This document shows, in pieces, positions 1 through 9,638 of a stretch of 64,000 nucleotides of DNA. The stretch is from Promethearchaeati archaeon SRVP18_Atabeyarchaeia-1 (lineage in GTDB: Archaea; Asgardarchaeota; Atabeyarchaeia; Atabeyarchaeales; Atabeyarchaeaceae), in NCBI GenBank assembly GCA_037308085.1, contig CP147779.1, forward strand, positions 1,568,001 through 1,632,000, in the 5' to 3' direction. A model generated the notes under the pieces. That model searched no databases. It was not told the origin of the DNA and saw only the letters and a program-made list of their open reading frames with translations. The first letter of the stretch is position 1; each line of letters starts with the position of its first letter. Position numbers and translations under genes: made by a program.

Positions 1-1
1 T

Positions 2-256
2 GGCCACAACTGGTCGTGCGCAATCCACGGCTATACATGGGGATACGGGTTCAAGCCCTTCTTCGCTCTTATGGATGTTGAAGGTGAAGAAAAGGACGTA
101 GGGGGCTACGAAGACTTGGTCGGCTCCTTGAAGAGAAGGATAACCAAGACTGGAGAATACTACGGCTCAATATGCAGAGACAACGGGTTCCTGCAAAGCT
201 ACTACCAGAAGTACCATAGTATGGAGAACCCCCTGAAGCAATGGCTTGAATTCTGA
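2..256 (+). CDS. 3' end of a gene running in from the left edge, product unidentified
   Basis: Frame open from base 2 (GHNWSCAIHGYTWGYGFKPFF...) to TGA at 254-256. Confidence 0.6.
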   Translation, partial: GHNWSCAIHGYTWGYGFKPFFALMDVEGEEKDVGGYEDLVGSLKRRITKTGEYYGSICRDNGFLQSYYQKYHSMENPLKQWLEF

Positions 257-376
257 ATAACGTGTTTCCAACTAGAGCGAGCCCTGGGCGCCAGGATTAT
301 CACTCTGAATAACCAGAAAAACAAATCAACAAAAAAAGTGAACTAGGCTTCATAGCCGCCGCACTTGCAGGCGCAA

Positions 377-775
377 CTACTCCGTGGTCTTACCGTCGAA
401 TTTCTCTGGTTTTGCTGCTGCTTCCGATTTTGTGTGACGAACTACCTTGTCCTGGTGCTCGGGAGGCGAATAGATCGTATAGAGTTTGAGCTCCGATTGC
501 TTAGAGGTGTTGACTACATTGTGCTTGGCGCCCGCGGGGACGATAACTCCATCTCCATCCTTGACGCGGTGTTCAACGCGGTCAATAATCACCTTTCCTT
601 CTCCTCCCTCAAATCGAAAGAATTGATCAACGTTGCTGTGCGTTTCCATGCCTATTTCTTCCCCAGGCTTGAGGCTCATGAGCACAAGCTGGCTGTGCTT
701 TCCCGTGTACAGTACACGGCGGAAATCGGCATTCTTCCTCGTCTCACTTTCAAGAGCCGCTACATACCCTTTCAT
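377..775 (-). CDS. Cupin domain protein
   Basis: EEIGMETHSNVDQFF...IVPAGAKHNV cupin motifs; GGTGA SD before ATG 775. Confidence 0.9.
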   Translation of the reverse strand: MKGYVAALESETRKNADFRRVLYTGKHSQLVLMSLKPGEEIGMETHSNVDQFFRFEGGEGKVIIDRVEHRVKDGDGVIVPAGAKHNVVNTSKQSELKLYTIYSPPEHQDKVVRHTKSEAAAKPEKFDGKTTE

Positions 776-1026
776 ATACATCACCACGATTTTTCTAACA
801 CCCACTGCTAGACTTCTCCAGACAGCATTATGCAACCGTATCTATTAAGATGTTGGGAACCTAGACGGATGCAAAGACGAGACGCCACGATAAGACTGCC
901 ATTCTCAGTGCAAACTGATTCTGCTCCTATTGCCGCCTTCTTGTGCTTCCTGCTACACATCTTCCAAGCTTCAATTGATGACAAAAAAAGGAAGAGATGG
1001 TTTAGGTAGACCATGCAATCTTTTCC

Positions 1027-2478
1027 CTAAAGTTTCAGTCCCGCTGCTGTGCGCTTGCCAAGCTCGGAATCAGCTTTCGCTAGGTTAGCCATCATACGCT
1101 GCTGAATCTGCTTGTTCGCCTTTCCAAGGGAATCGACTATGTTGTCAACTAGATGGTCCTGATCCACCTTGCTAAGCGAACGGTAGCGCTCGCCAGCCTG
1201 CTGGAAATCATTGGTCAGAGAGATCTTCTTTCGCACGATGTCTCCCTCTAGATGAGGGTGACTCACGATGATGCTTGGTGTCTCATGGGGCATTCCATCA
1301 GCCAGCGTATTGGGCTCATAGTTGACAGTGCCTCCACCATACGGCGCATATTGCATGAAGCCATCACGCTGGTTGTTGCTGACTGGTACTTTCGGTTGGT
1401 TCACTGGAATCTGTAGATAGTTGGGGCCTAGCCTGTGCCGCTGTGTGTCCGCGTAGCTGAAGACTCTGCCTTGCAGGAGTTTGTCGGCTGAGAGTTCTAC
1501 TCCTGGGACGATTGAGGCTGGGCAGAAAGCAGCTTGTTCTGTTTCGGCGAAGAAATTCTCTGGGTTGCGATCCAGTACCATCTTGCCAACTGGAATCAGT
1601 GGGAACTTGTTCTCTGGCCATGTCTTCGTAGGATCGAGTGGATCGAATTCCTGCTTCAATTCATCAGGGATTTCCATAGTTTGGACGTTCAATTCGTATT
1701 CCACGGTCTTCCCAGACGCGATTGTGTCGTATAGGTCACGTGTTGCGATGTCTGGGTCTTCCCCCGCGAAACGGGTTGACTCGTGGCGGTCGATCGTCTC
1801 TATCCCAGCCATCGGCTTCCAATGATACTTGACGTAGATAGCCTTGCCTTCCGCGTTCACCCACTTGTAGGTGTTTACGCCGAATCCTTCCATTTTTCTG
1901 TAGCTCTTGACCGTTCCTCGATCGGAGAATAGCCAAGTGATCATGTGGGTCGACTCGGGTGTCAAAGAGATGAAATCCCAGAAGCGGCTGTTCGCTGACG
2001 AGCTGGTCGGTATGCCCGTGTCAGGTGCAGGCTTGAAGGCATGTACCATGTCAGGGAACTTGATAGCGTCTCGAATGAAGAACACTGGCAGATTATTGCC
2101 TACTATATCATAGTTTCCATCTTCGGTGTAGAACTTGACTGCAAAACCCCTAGGATCACGGGCGGTATCGGCTGATCCCCGTGAACCCACCACAGTGGAG
2201 AAACGAACGAAGACCGGTGTCTTCTTCTTCGGGTCCTGAAGGAATTTCGCGCAGGTGTACTTCGCCATACTCTTGTAGACTTGGAAGTAGCCGTGAGCAC
2301 CGGCACCCTTGGCGTGCACGACACGCTCCGGAATGCGCTCACGGTCGAAGTGCGCAAGTTTCTCAATCAAGTGCACATCTTGCAGTAAGACGGGACCTCG
2401 CTCGCCAACTGTGAGTGAATTCTGGTTGTCGCTGACGGGAACCCCTTGATTTGTGGTCAGTTGCTTGTCTTTCGCCAT
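1027..2478 (-). CDS. katA: Monofunctional heme catalase
   Basis: FDRERIPERVVHAKGAG active-site motif and RVFSYADTQRHR heme-ligand motif. Confidence 0.97.
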   Translation of the reverse strand: MAKDKQLTTNQGVPVSDNQNSLTVGERGPVLLQDVHLIEKLAHFDRERIPERVVHAKGAGAHGYFQVYKSMAKYTCAKFLQDPKKKTPVFVRFSTVVGSRGSADTARDPRGFAVKFYTEDGNYDIVGNNLPVFFIRDAIKFPDMVHAFKPAPDTGIPTSSSANSRFWDFISLTPESTHMITWLFSDRGTVKSYRKMEGFGVNTYKWVNAEGKAIYVKYHWKPMAGIETIDRHESTRFAGEDPDIATRDLYDTIASGKTVEYELNVQTMEIPDELKQEFDPLDPTKTWPENKFPLIPVGKMVLDRNPENFFAETEQAAFCPASIVPGVELSADKLLQGRVFSYADTQRHRLGPNYLQIPVNQPKVPVSNNQRDGFMQYAPYGGGTVNYEPNTLADGMPHETPSIIVSHPHLEGDIVRKKISLTNDFQQAGERYRSLSKVDQDHLVDNIVDSLGKANKQIQQRMMANLAKADSELGKRTAAGLKL

Positions 2479-2530
2479 TACTGATATCCTCCTCTCATAC
2501 ATTATCCTTGCACAAGGGTATGTACGGAAG

Positions 2531-2564
2531 GCTATTTAATAGCTATTATTACTTAATAGTAGCT
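2531..2564. promoter_or_regulatory. AT-rich inverted repeats between divergent katA and fur/perR; likely Fur/PerR operator
   Basis: AGCTATTATTACTTAATAGTAGCT (2541-2564, 20/24 self-complementary) overlapping GCTATTTAATAGC. Confidence 0.55.
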
Positions 2565-3035
2565 ATGAACGAATACCAAGAATCCGACCTCCCTATAATC
2601 GAGGCTTTCCGTAAGAAAGGTTACAAAGCAACTCCACAGCGGATAGCGATCTGTCGACTTGCCCTTCGCACCCGCGGGCATCCAAGCGCACAAGCGATAT
2701 ACCAGCAGGTAAGGGCAGTCTTCCCGACTGTGAGCCTTGCAACAGTCTACAAAACTCTTCAGACCCTAGGTGAACTCGGACTGATCCAACAACTTAATTT
2801 CCCGCAGAGCCAAGCCAGATTCGATTCCTACATGAATCCTCACATAAATCTCGTCTGCACGCAATGCGGGAATATCCAAGATCTGGACGATCGTGCTGCA
2901 CGAGAACTGGTGGACAGAGCCTCCTCGGCGGCCAAATTCACCGCAACGGGGCAACGCCTCGACATATATGGCATTTGTGATAGGTGCCGAAAGAGAGGAA
3001 GAACTGCGCCGGTCGAGACCGCAATGGTTGACTAG
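2565..3035 (+). CDS. Fur family regulator, PerR-like
   Basis: TPQR, HPSA, SLATVYKTL, HINLVCTQCG and CDRC motifs; divergent from catalase. Confidence 0.92.
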   Translation: MNEYQESDLPIIEAFRKKGYKATPQRIAICRLALRTRGHPSAQAIYQQVRAVFPTVSLATVYKTLQTLGELGLIQQLNFPQSQARFDSYMNPHINLVCTQCGNIQDLDDRAARELVDRASSAAKFTATGQRLDIYGICDRCRKRGRTAPVETAMVD

Positions 3036-3343
3036 AACTTGGAGCTGGGTCTGTTTCTATTCGAGAAGCATGCACCAAGCTTTCTCTCTCGCTTCGTGGA
3101 GAGATCCTTTGGACTCTCACTTCGATTTCTTTTGTCAAGGATAATCGCAGGTATTCTTTGGTAACGTCATAAATCAACCCCAATCCGGGCAAAATGCGTA
3201 AGCGATCTCATTTACATTGATTTCGTACTAGCTTAAGTAGTGGACTCTTCAATTGCTCTAGGCAAGAAAGGATGGGGTCACGCCTTTCTTCAGGGCAGGA
3301 CACATAACAGGAATACTCTGCAGCGATTCCTGGCGGAGCTGAT

Positions 3344-4678
3344 TTGATGGATAGAATCTCCATTGAAAAGGTTCTACGAATGATAAGCGTTGTAGGAATA
3401 TTGGTCTGCGGAATCACTTTCCTTGTAGTTGTTCTTCCTCTGGCTAGCATAATATCCTATGACATTATGTTGCCCCCGACAGTTATGGACATACTACTTG
3501 GAATGTTCGTGACAGTCACTCTAGTCCTTGCTCTTTCGATGGTTTTGTCCGTCAAATCGCGTATGCGCCTGATAAAACCCAGAAGGCGGCAATCTCACTT
3601 GGTATTGAATGTCTTTGCCATTCTATTCTTGATTGCCATACCATTTTGCACTGCGACCATCTCAAATGCATACCAAGAGCCCAACACCTATCAACCGCTT
3701 AGCACTTTTGATCAAACCAATTGGGTTCACTTCAATGGTACAGCTTGGGGGCAGAGCCAAGAAAAGGTTTGGAGCGAATTGAATTATCTCTGGGGGGACA
3801 AACCGGAAATTGCGCCTTTGAATCCACAAGTCCTTGAGCAGACCCATTTACAGGGATATACGCGTCTCAAGATGCAGATTTCGGTAGAGAATTCTGGCAT
3901 CCCCCAATGGGACGTCGTGCCCTTCTACTTGTTAGTCCCTGATACCCCGCGAGCCTATCCATGCCCAGTGGTGATTGTGCACCATCAGCATAATGGAAGG
4001 TTTGAATATGGCAAGATGGAGCCCTGTGGCATAGCTGGAGACCCGCGACAGGCAATTGGGGTCGATCTTGTTCAGCGCGGATATATTGTCGCTTGTCCTG
4101 ACGCTCTGTGTTTTGGTGAGCGCCAAGTCTATTTTGGCGAAAAATACACTGGCATGCTAATGTTCATGCTCAATCGCACTCTCAATTTCAAGTATATCTG
4201 GGATGTCAGCCGTCTCATAGACTACTTGGTGACACGCTCCGATGTCAACGAATCGCGCATTGGGATAATGGGTCACTCGCTTGGAGGTCAAATGGCAGTA
4301 TGGTGCGCCGTCTACGATCCTCGAATAAAGGTGGTTCTTTCGAATTGCGGAATCGGGAAAATAAGTGGAAACAACTCGATCATCGAAGAGGGGTCTTTCC
4401 AGAACTACGCTTTCTATGTACCTGGCATAGTGAAACTGAATCTGAAAATGGAAGAGATAATTGGGCTAATCGGAAACCGATCACTCTTCCTAGCAGCGGG
4501 CACTGAGGATCACGGCTTGCCGATCAACGGCGTGGCAGAAATACATAATTGGCTTGAAGAGAAATACGCCTACTACGGTCATTCAAACAATCTCGTCACC
4601 CTGCGATTTGTCGGCGGACACATGCTTCCAACCGACACGAAGCTGAGGATGTATGGTTTCTTGGATCAGGAATTGTGA
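3344..4678 (+). CDS. Membrane-anchored alpha/beta hydrolase (dienelactone hydrolase-like)
   Basis: Three N-terminal TM segments; GHSLGG nucleophile elbow; C-terminal GGH. Confidence 0.85.
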   Translation: MMDRISIEKVLRMISVVGILVCGITFLVVVLPLASIISYDIMLPPTVMDILLGMFVTVTLVLALSMVLSVKSRMRLIKPRRRQSHLVLNVFAILFLIAIPFCTATISNAYQEPNTYQPLSTFDQTNWVHFNGTAWGQSQEKVWSELNYLWGDKPEIAPLNPQVLEQTHLQGYTRLKMQISVENSGIPQWDVVPFYLLVPDTPRAYPCPVVIVHHQHNGRFEYGKMEPCGIAGDPRQAIGVDLVQRGYIVACPDALCFGERQVYFGEKYTGMLMFMLNRTLNFKYIWDVSRLIDYLVTRSDVNESRIGIMGHSLGGQMAVWCAVYDPRIKVVLSNCGIGKISGNNSIIEEGSFQNYAFYVPGIVKLNLKMEEIIGLIGNRSLFLAAGTEDHGLPINGVAEIHNWLEEKYAYYGHSNNLVTLRFVGGHMLPTDTKLRMYGFLDQEL

Positions 4679-4712
4679 GTAATCTTGGACGGTCAAGTGG
4701 TGGGGTGGACCT

Positions 4713-5084
4713 TTGAGAATAGAAATAAGTAAATTCCTTGCTATGCTAAGAATAACATTGAGCTCACTTCTAATCGCATTGGCGATTCCTCTGGGTGAGA
4801 CATTTCAGCGCCTGATGGCAATGAACTATCGTGCGGAATATACGTTTGAGGTTCCAATCGGCACCCAGATGAGCAACCTGGGCACTTTCTGCTTGGTTAC
4901 AATGCTTCTCATAGCCGCAGGTTGGGGTATATTGACTAGCCTACTTCCTGAATTCGGAGAGAACCCAACAACTAGAATCCGGGAACTGCGGGTAATTGTC
5001 TTCCTCATTCTTTTGATCTTGTTGATTGGAATGGCGATTGTCGGGAACTATTTCGCCCAGAAAATCGACCGATGGTCATTCTAG
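4713..5084 (+). CDS. Hypothetical membrane protein
   Basis: Three hydrophobic segments; follows the hydrolase in the same orientation. Confidence 0.6.
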   Translation: MRIEISKFLAMLRITLSSLLIALAIPLGETFQRLMAMNYRAEYTFEVPIGTQMSNLGTFCLVTMLLIAAGWGILTSLLPEFGENPTTRIRELRVIVFLILLILLIGMAIVGNYFAQKIDRWSF

Positions 5085-5330
5085 CGCACTTGGGGACTCC
5101 AATATTCTGTGGCACTTGAATCTAGCTCCCCTCCAGAAATCTTTCTACCTGTCAACCTCACACTTTCGCCACCACCTCATATTTGGATATGGTTCAACGG
5201 CAAACATCTTCTTTCTAGAAATGGATTGAGCAAGAAACCCGACACGCTTCAGCGGTTGGATGAATTGTGTGCCATCCTTTAGACTGGGCAATCCCAAACC
5301 TTATGGTGGGCTATCATCTAAGGCGTTTAT

Positions 5331-5726
5331 ATGCCAAGAGGTTATCAAAAGACATCCACAACTATTTACCTGATGAACTACCACTTCGTGTGGAGCCCAA
5401 GATACAGGAGAAAACTGCTGGTCGGGAAGGTCGCCAAGAGGCTGGAGCACTTAATATACGAAAAGGCGAAACAACTGGAGTGCCGAGTTATCCAGCTAGG
5501 AATCATGCCTGACCATGTGCACCTCTTCATAGAGAGCAACCCGAGGATATCCCCAAACCGGGTCATAGGAGAGATGAAAGGCTACACATCACGGGTTCTG
5601 AGGCACGAGTTCCCAGAGCTGCTGAGGATGCCGACTCTATGGACAAGAAGCTACTTCGCCAGCACGGCAGAAAACGTAAGCTCAAAGATAATAGAGGAGT
5701 ACATTGAGGCTCAGAAAGGAGCTTGA
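5331..5726 (+). CDS. tnpA: IS200 Y1 (HUH) transposase
   Basis: YHFVWSPRYRR, DHVHL (HUH), LWTRSYF, EEYIEAQ. Confidence 0.96.
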   Translation: MPRGYQKTSTTIYLMNYHFVWSPRYRRKLLVGKVAKRLEHLIYEKAKQLECRVIQLGIMPDHVHLFIESNPRISPNRVIGEMKGYTSRVLRHEFPELLRMPTLWTRSYFASTAENVSSKIIEEYIEAQKGA

Positions 5727-5730
5727 AACC

Positions 5731-7056
5731 ATGCAGGTTACCAAGACCGTCAGGATACCTGTGCACTACTCAATAACGAGGCATAAGCTAGGCATCATAG
5801 ACAAGCTGACGGCCAGGTTGACTTGCGGGGTAGACTTGTGGTCACGGCTGATCGAGGAATACGGCATTAAAGAGAGGGGTAAGCTCAGAAGCCGCGCTTT
5901 TGAGGCTCAGGTGAAGGAGAGAACTGGTCTTGGGGCTGGTCTAGTCCAGTGCTGCGGGGATACTGCCCTCTGGATGTGGCGAAGCTACAGGGAGCTGCAT
6001 AGAGCCTGGGCGGAAGCAGTGGAGATGGCTGGGAGACGAAAGGAGTGGGAATGGCATGGGAAGCTCCTAAGGAGAGAACCCAGGAAACCGCTCACTAGCG
6101 GTCTCAGTCACAAGGTCCCAATCTGGTTCGACTACCGCGTAGGCAAGCTGGAGCACGCCAAGAGTATCAGGATCGCAAGTCACGTTATCCGCGTAGCTAC
6201 GCTGCGGAAAGGTGAATGGGTCACAATTCCGCTTAATGCTGCCCCTTATCATGCTAAGCTGCTTGAGCTGGGGACAGCCAAGAGCTTCCAAATCGTGAAG
6301 AAAGACTCCAAGTACTATGTCCATGTCAAGATTGATTATGACGTGCCGGATAGGCCTGTTGCGGGCGTTCTGGGCGTGGATCTGGGGGTTAAGCGCCAGG
6401 CGGCAACCGTGTTGCTGATCGGCGAGAAGCCCCGAATCACTCCACGGTCCTTCACGACAATCCGGGATGGAGAGAAGAGGCACCGCCTTGACAGGCTGAA
6501 CAGGCTTGTCTCCGACCTGCAGCAAGCAGGGAAGTACGATGCCCTGAGGCGGCTAAGGCACAAAAGGAAGCGCGTCGCAGAGCACTTCGACCGTGTATCC
6601 GCTGTGACGCTCGCCGACATGTCTGAGGGATGTCTCCTCGTCGTCGGCTACCCGAAGGGCATAAAATACAGGAGCTACAGGGGCAACGGCAAGAGAAAGC
6701 TGCGGAAGGCGCTGACGCGCTGGAGCTACGGCCGCATCATGCGGTTCACGGTGGAGGAGAGGGCTGAGAGAGGTCTTCCGACGTTGGTCGTTGATGAGCG
6801 GTGGACCTCCAGGACGTGCTGGAAGTGTGGCTCAAGGCAGACCCTCCGCTTGAACCAGTCGACCCTCTTCTGCCGGTGCTGTGGTATGACTTTCAACGCT
6901 GACTACAACGGTGCGTTGAACATCGGCCTGCCTTACTTGGCTAATGCCGCGGGTCGAGGGGCTGCAGATGAGCCAGCCCAGGAAACCGGGGATGAACAGG
7001 CAAGAGAAATAGTAGCCTGCAAGCCCGGAAGCCAACACCCTTCAAGGGGTTGGTAG
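5731..7056 (+). CDS. tnpB: TnpB RNA-guided nuclease
   Basis: RuvC-I GVDLG, VDERWTS, CWKC/CRCC zinc ribbon, RuvC-III NADYNGALNI. Confidence 0.93.
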   Translation: MQVTKTVRIPVHYSITRHKLGIIDKLTARLTCGVDLWSRLIEEYGIKERGKLRSRAFEAQVKERTGLGAGLVQCCGDTALWMWRSYRELHRAWAEAVEMAGRRKEWEWHGKLLRREPRKPLTSGLSHKVPIWFDYRVGKLEHAKSIRIASHVIRVATLRKGEWVTIPLNAAPYHAKLLELGTAKSFQIVKKDSKYYVHVKIDYDVPDRPVAGVLGVDLGVKRQAATVLLIGEKPRITPRSFTTIRDGEKRHRLDRLNRLVSDLQQAGKYDALRRLRHKRKRVAEHFDRVSAVTLADMSEGCLLVVGYPKGIKYRSYRGNGKRKLRKALTRWSYGRIMRFTVEERAERGLPTLVVDERWTSRTCWKCGSRQTLRLNQSTLFCRCCGMTFNADYNGALNIGLPYLANAAGRGAADEPAQETGDEQAREIVACKPGSQHPSRGW

Positions 7057-7081
7057 CTCACACTAGGAGTGTGTCACTTCG
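6900..7081 (+). ncRNA. Predicted TnpB omegaRNA (scaffold over the tnpB 3' end and right end, plus ~20-nt guide ACTAGGAGTGTGTCACTTCG)
   Basis: Inferred from established IS605 architecture; 5' boundary not visible. Confidence 0.55.
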
Positions 7082-7102
7082 TGATCCGGAGATGTGGAGT
7101 AG

Positions 7103-7366
7103 ATGGAAGGCAAATGCCCTTACTGTGATTCGGAAATCGCTTCCGATCAGATGGACGCTCACCTGAGAAAACACATATTGCCATTGCAGGCGAAAATCGA
7201 CAACGTGACAGTGGATTATGGAAATAGAGTGGCTTTTATTCACGTTGTCGTGGGAGAGAGGGGCAATGCCAAGGGCATTGACACCGCGGTCTCGCTGCCA
7301 CTGGAAATGAAGATACTTGGCAAGGTAGAAGTCGCGGGTTTTTCTTTTAGTCTATTACCCGACTAG
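7103..7366 (+). CDS. Small zinc-finger protein
   Basis: CPYC-x12-HLRKH C2H2-like motif; GGAG SD. Confidence 0.65.
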   Translation: MEGKCPYCDSEIASDQMDAHLRKHILPLQAKIDNVTVDYGNRVAFIHVVVGERGNAKGIDTAVSLPLEMKILGKVEVAGFSFSLLPD

Positions 7367-7511
7367 ATATTCACTTGACGAAACGTAGAGTGCAAGCCCA
7401 CGCTCTTTTGGGGTGGGTCCCAACGGTTCCTTAAATACTTTCTCGAGAATACCTGCCTATGCTCAGGACCTGAACTGCTCTGTTTAAGCCCAAAAGAGCA
7501 GGTGGAAAAGA

Positions 7512-7856
7512 ATGGGTAAGAGAAGCATAGTTGAATTGAGGTTCAAATTGGCCGATGGTTTAAGGGATAGGCTATTGAGGAAGCAGTTAGTGGATGAGAG
7601 TGTAGTCTGCTTGCAGAGCGATAATCAAATCATAGATTCTTATTTGCGCTGTGCAGATTGTGGAGAGAGGAATATCCCAGATAAAATTGTTGATTTGGTG
7701 TTAGAAGCAATGCAGAACTCTGTAGCTGTAGCTTTAGATGAGGTTGATCCAGCAGAGTTTGCAGATGTATTTCTGGAACTAATAGACGGCATCACTTATG
7801 AGGAAAGGACAAACACCCTATTTGTAGAAAAGAGACAGGATGATGATAAAGCTTGA
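7512..7856 (+). CDS. Hypothetical acidic protein with CxxC
   Basis: 114 aa ORF, AGGTGG SD, CADC. Confidence 0.6.
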   Translation: MGKRSIVELRFKLADGLRDRLLRKQLVDESVVCLQSDNQIIDSYLRCADCGERNIPDKIVDLVLEAMQNSVAVALDEVDPAEFADVFLELIDGITYEERTNTLFVEKRQDDDKA

Positions 7857-7946
7857 TAACTAAGCGAATCTTTGAGAAATAGAATAACACTCTTGAAAGA
7901 AATGAATGCCTCACCATCAACCTGACGTAGGGGATGCGATCAATAA

Positions 7947-8489
7947 ATGGCAAATAATAAACTTACTAACATTACTGCAGAACCAGGAGGACGAGAGATC
8001 GTCATCACCCGAGTCTTCGAAGCGCCGCGCGAACACGTGTTCAAGGCGTACACGGATCCGAATCTCATACCCCTATGGTGGGGTCCGAAAAAGTATGCTG
8101 CTACTGTTGACAAAATTCAGGTGAGCGCGGGGGGTGTTTGGCGATTCGTCCAGCGTGGACCCGACGGCAATGAGTACGCCTTCAACGGCGTGTATCACGC
8201 GATCGTGCCACCCGAGCGACTTGTCTCCACATTTGAATTCGAAGGTATGCCGGGTCATGTATCGCTTGAAACGGTGAAGTTAGAAGAGCAAGACGGCAAG
8301 ACAAAGCTCACGGCCACATCTGTCTTCCAAACGGTTGAAGATCGCGACGCGATGCTCAAGTCGGGAATGGAGGAAGGAGCGGTCGAGACCATGGATCGTC
8401 TTGCCGAACTTCTGCGAAAGCCTAAAGCGTTAACGAAAGAGAAAAGGGGTGAGTCTAGCCATGATCCCAATTCGAGGAGAGTGAGGTGA
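7947..8489 (+). CDS. SRPBCC/AHSA1-like protein
   Basis: EIVITRVFEAPREHVFKAYTDP...WWGP...GMEEGAVETMDRL. Confidence 0.92.
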   Translation: MANNKLTNITAEPGGREIVITRVFEAPREHVFKAYTDPNLIPLWWGPKKYAATVDKIQVSAGGVWRFVQRGPDGNEYAFNGVYHAIVPPERLVSTFEFEGMPGHVSLETVKLEEQDGKTKLTATSVFQTVEDRDAMLKSGMEEGAVETMDRLAELLRKPKALTKEKRGESSHDPNSRRVR

Positions 8490-8630
8490 GATTGCAGTCC
8501 ACAACTTCTAAGTAGAGCCACGTGGAATGATCCGTGAAGCAGTTTCGGGAGGAAACTGACAGTAGGAGAGTGCGCTCCTTTTTGGGAAAGACGGAACCGA
8601 AAGACTCAAAGACTCTACGGTATTTGAGTC
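8461..8630 (+). repeat. Long (170 bp) copy 1 of the dispersed hairpin repeat; core at 8598-8630
   Basis: 148/170 identical, ungapped, to 24211-24380. Confidence 0.92.
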
Positions 8631-8795
8631 CTATTCCGCGATACTTCTTTTTCGAGGCGGGGTCAACTTGACTAGCAAGAGAAACTACCCCTGACAATAA
8701 AGAAGGGATGCTAGCATGTGCCGCACGAGTGACGTCTTGTAGCCCCCTGCCCATGAAAATCAGGTCAGAAAAGAGCATTGAAAGCGTTCCATGCA

Positions 8796-9638
8796 CTAAG
8801 CAGGCTTTTCCTTATCCATCTCATCTAGCAAGACCTGTACATCGTCTTCGTCTAAAAGGTCAAACCTTGTTATTCTCCATTGGACTTTCCGACATATTGG
8901 AGTGCCTGGATATGCTCCAACATCGTACAGCTCGTAGTTTCGGAAGATTGTTGGCTTCTCTTGGTAGCATGTCCACACCGCCTTCTTTAAAGTATCAGTA
9001 TCTTCAACTCCTGTGAGATCTATGATTGCCACCTGTTTTCTAAACCTATCAACAGCTTCCATTGTGATGTTGAAAAGGTAAGGCTTGAGTGCCCTCGCAC
9101 CCTTTATGCGTCTTCCCTTGTCAAGCCCCTCTTCGATTAACGCCTTAATAGCCATCCCAGGCATATGCCCCTCAACGCCTCTCCCACATAGTACGAGGTA
9201 GCGTATGTTCGGGTTAGCAACGATATTCGCAATGATTTTCTCGATCCCGATGTTCGCTGTTTGCAGGGTTCCCGCTAGTGCTGCGCCGGACTCGATGGCA
9301 CTCCTTACAAGAGTTTCGATGCCACTGGGGATCTCGCCATAAGATGAACTTAGAAGGGTAATGACAGCTACTGGGGAGTAATCATTTCCTCGGAGATAGT
9401 GCCCATCCTCTGGAGGATAATCATCTGGAGGCTTAACCTTCCGTATCTCCTCAATAATCTCTATCGCTCCTTGAGGACACTTCTCCTCGCATCCTCCGCA
9501 TCTCGAGCATTTCTCCTCTGCCACTGGGACAGCTAGTTCTCTCTCACCGACGGTTCGAAATTCATAGATTCCTTGAGGGCAGGTGTCCACGCAGACGCCG
9601 CATCCCGAGCACTTGTCTTCGTCAACCTTGATCTTCAC
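8796..9638 (-). CDS. 2x[4Fe-4S] ferredoxin fused to a soluble MtrA-like corrinoid domain
   Basis: CSGCGVCVDTCP and CSRCGGCEEKCP, then TANIGIEKIIANIVANPNIRY...EGH; GTG start overlaps the upstream TGA (GTGA). Confidence 0.88.
   Translation of the reverse strand: MKIKVDEDKCSGCGVCVDTCPQGIYEFRTVGERELAVPVAEEKCSRCGGCEEKCPQGAIEIIEEIRKVKPPDDYPPEDGHYLRGNDYSPVAVITLLSSSYGEIPSGIETLVRSAIESGAALAGTLQTANIGIEKIIANIVANPNIRYLVLCGRGVEGHMPGMAIKALIEEGLDKGRRIKGARALKPYLFNITMEAVDRFRKQVAIIDLTGVEDTDTLKKAVWTCYQEKPTIFRNYELYDVGAYPGTPICRKVQWRITRFDLLDEDDVQVLLDEMDKEKPA

Larger units (their letters stand above)
5231..7061 (+). mobile_element. IS200/IS605 family element (tnpA+tnpB)
   Basis: Left-end hairpin CCGACACGC-TTCA-GCGGTTGG; right-end hairpin CCAACACCC-TTCAA-GGGGTTGG followed by TCAC at 7058-7061; left boundary approximate (after TTGAG). 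Confidence 0.9.
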
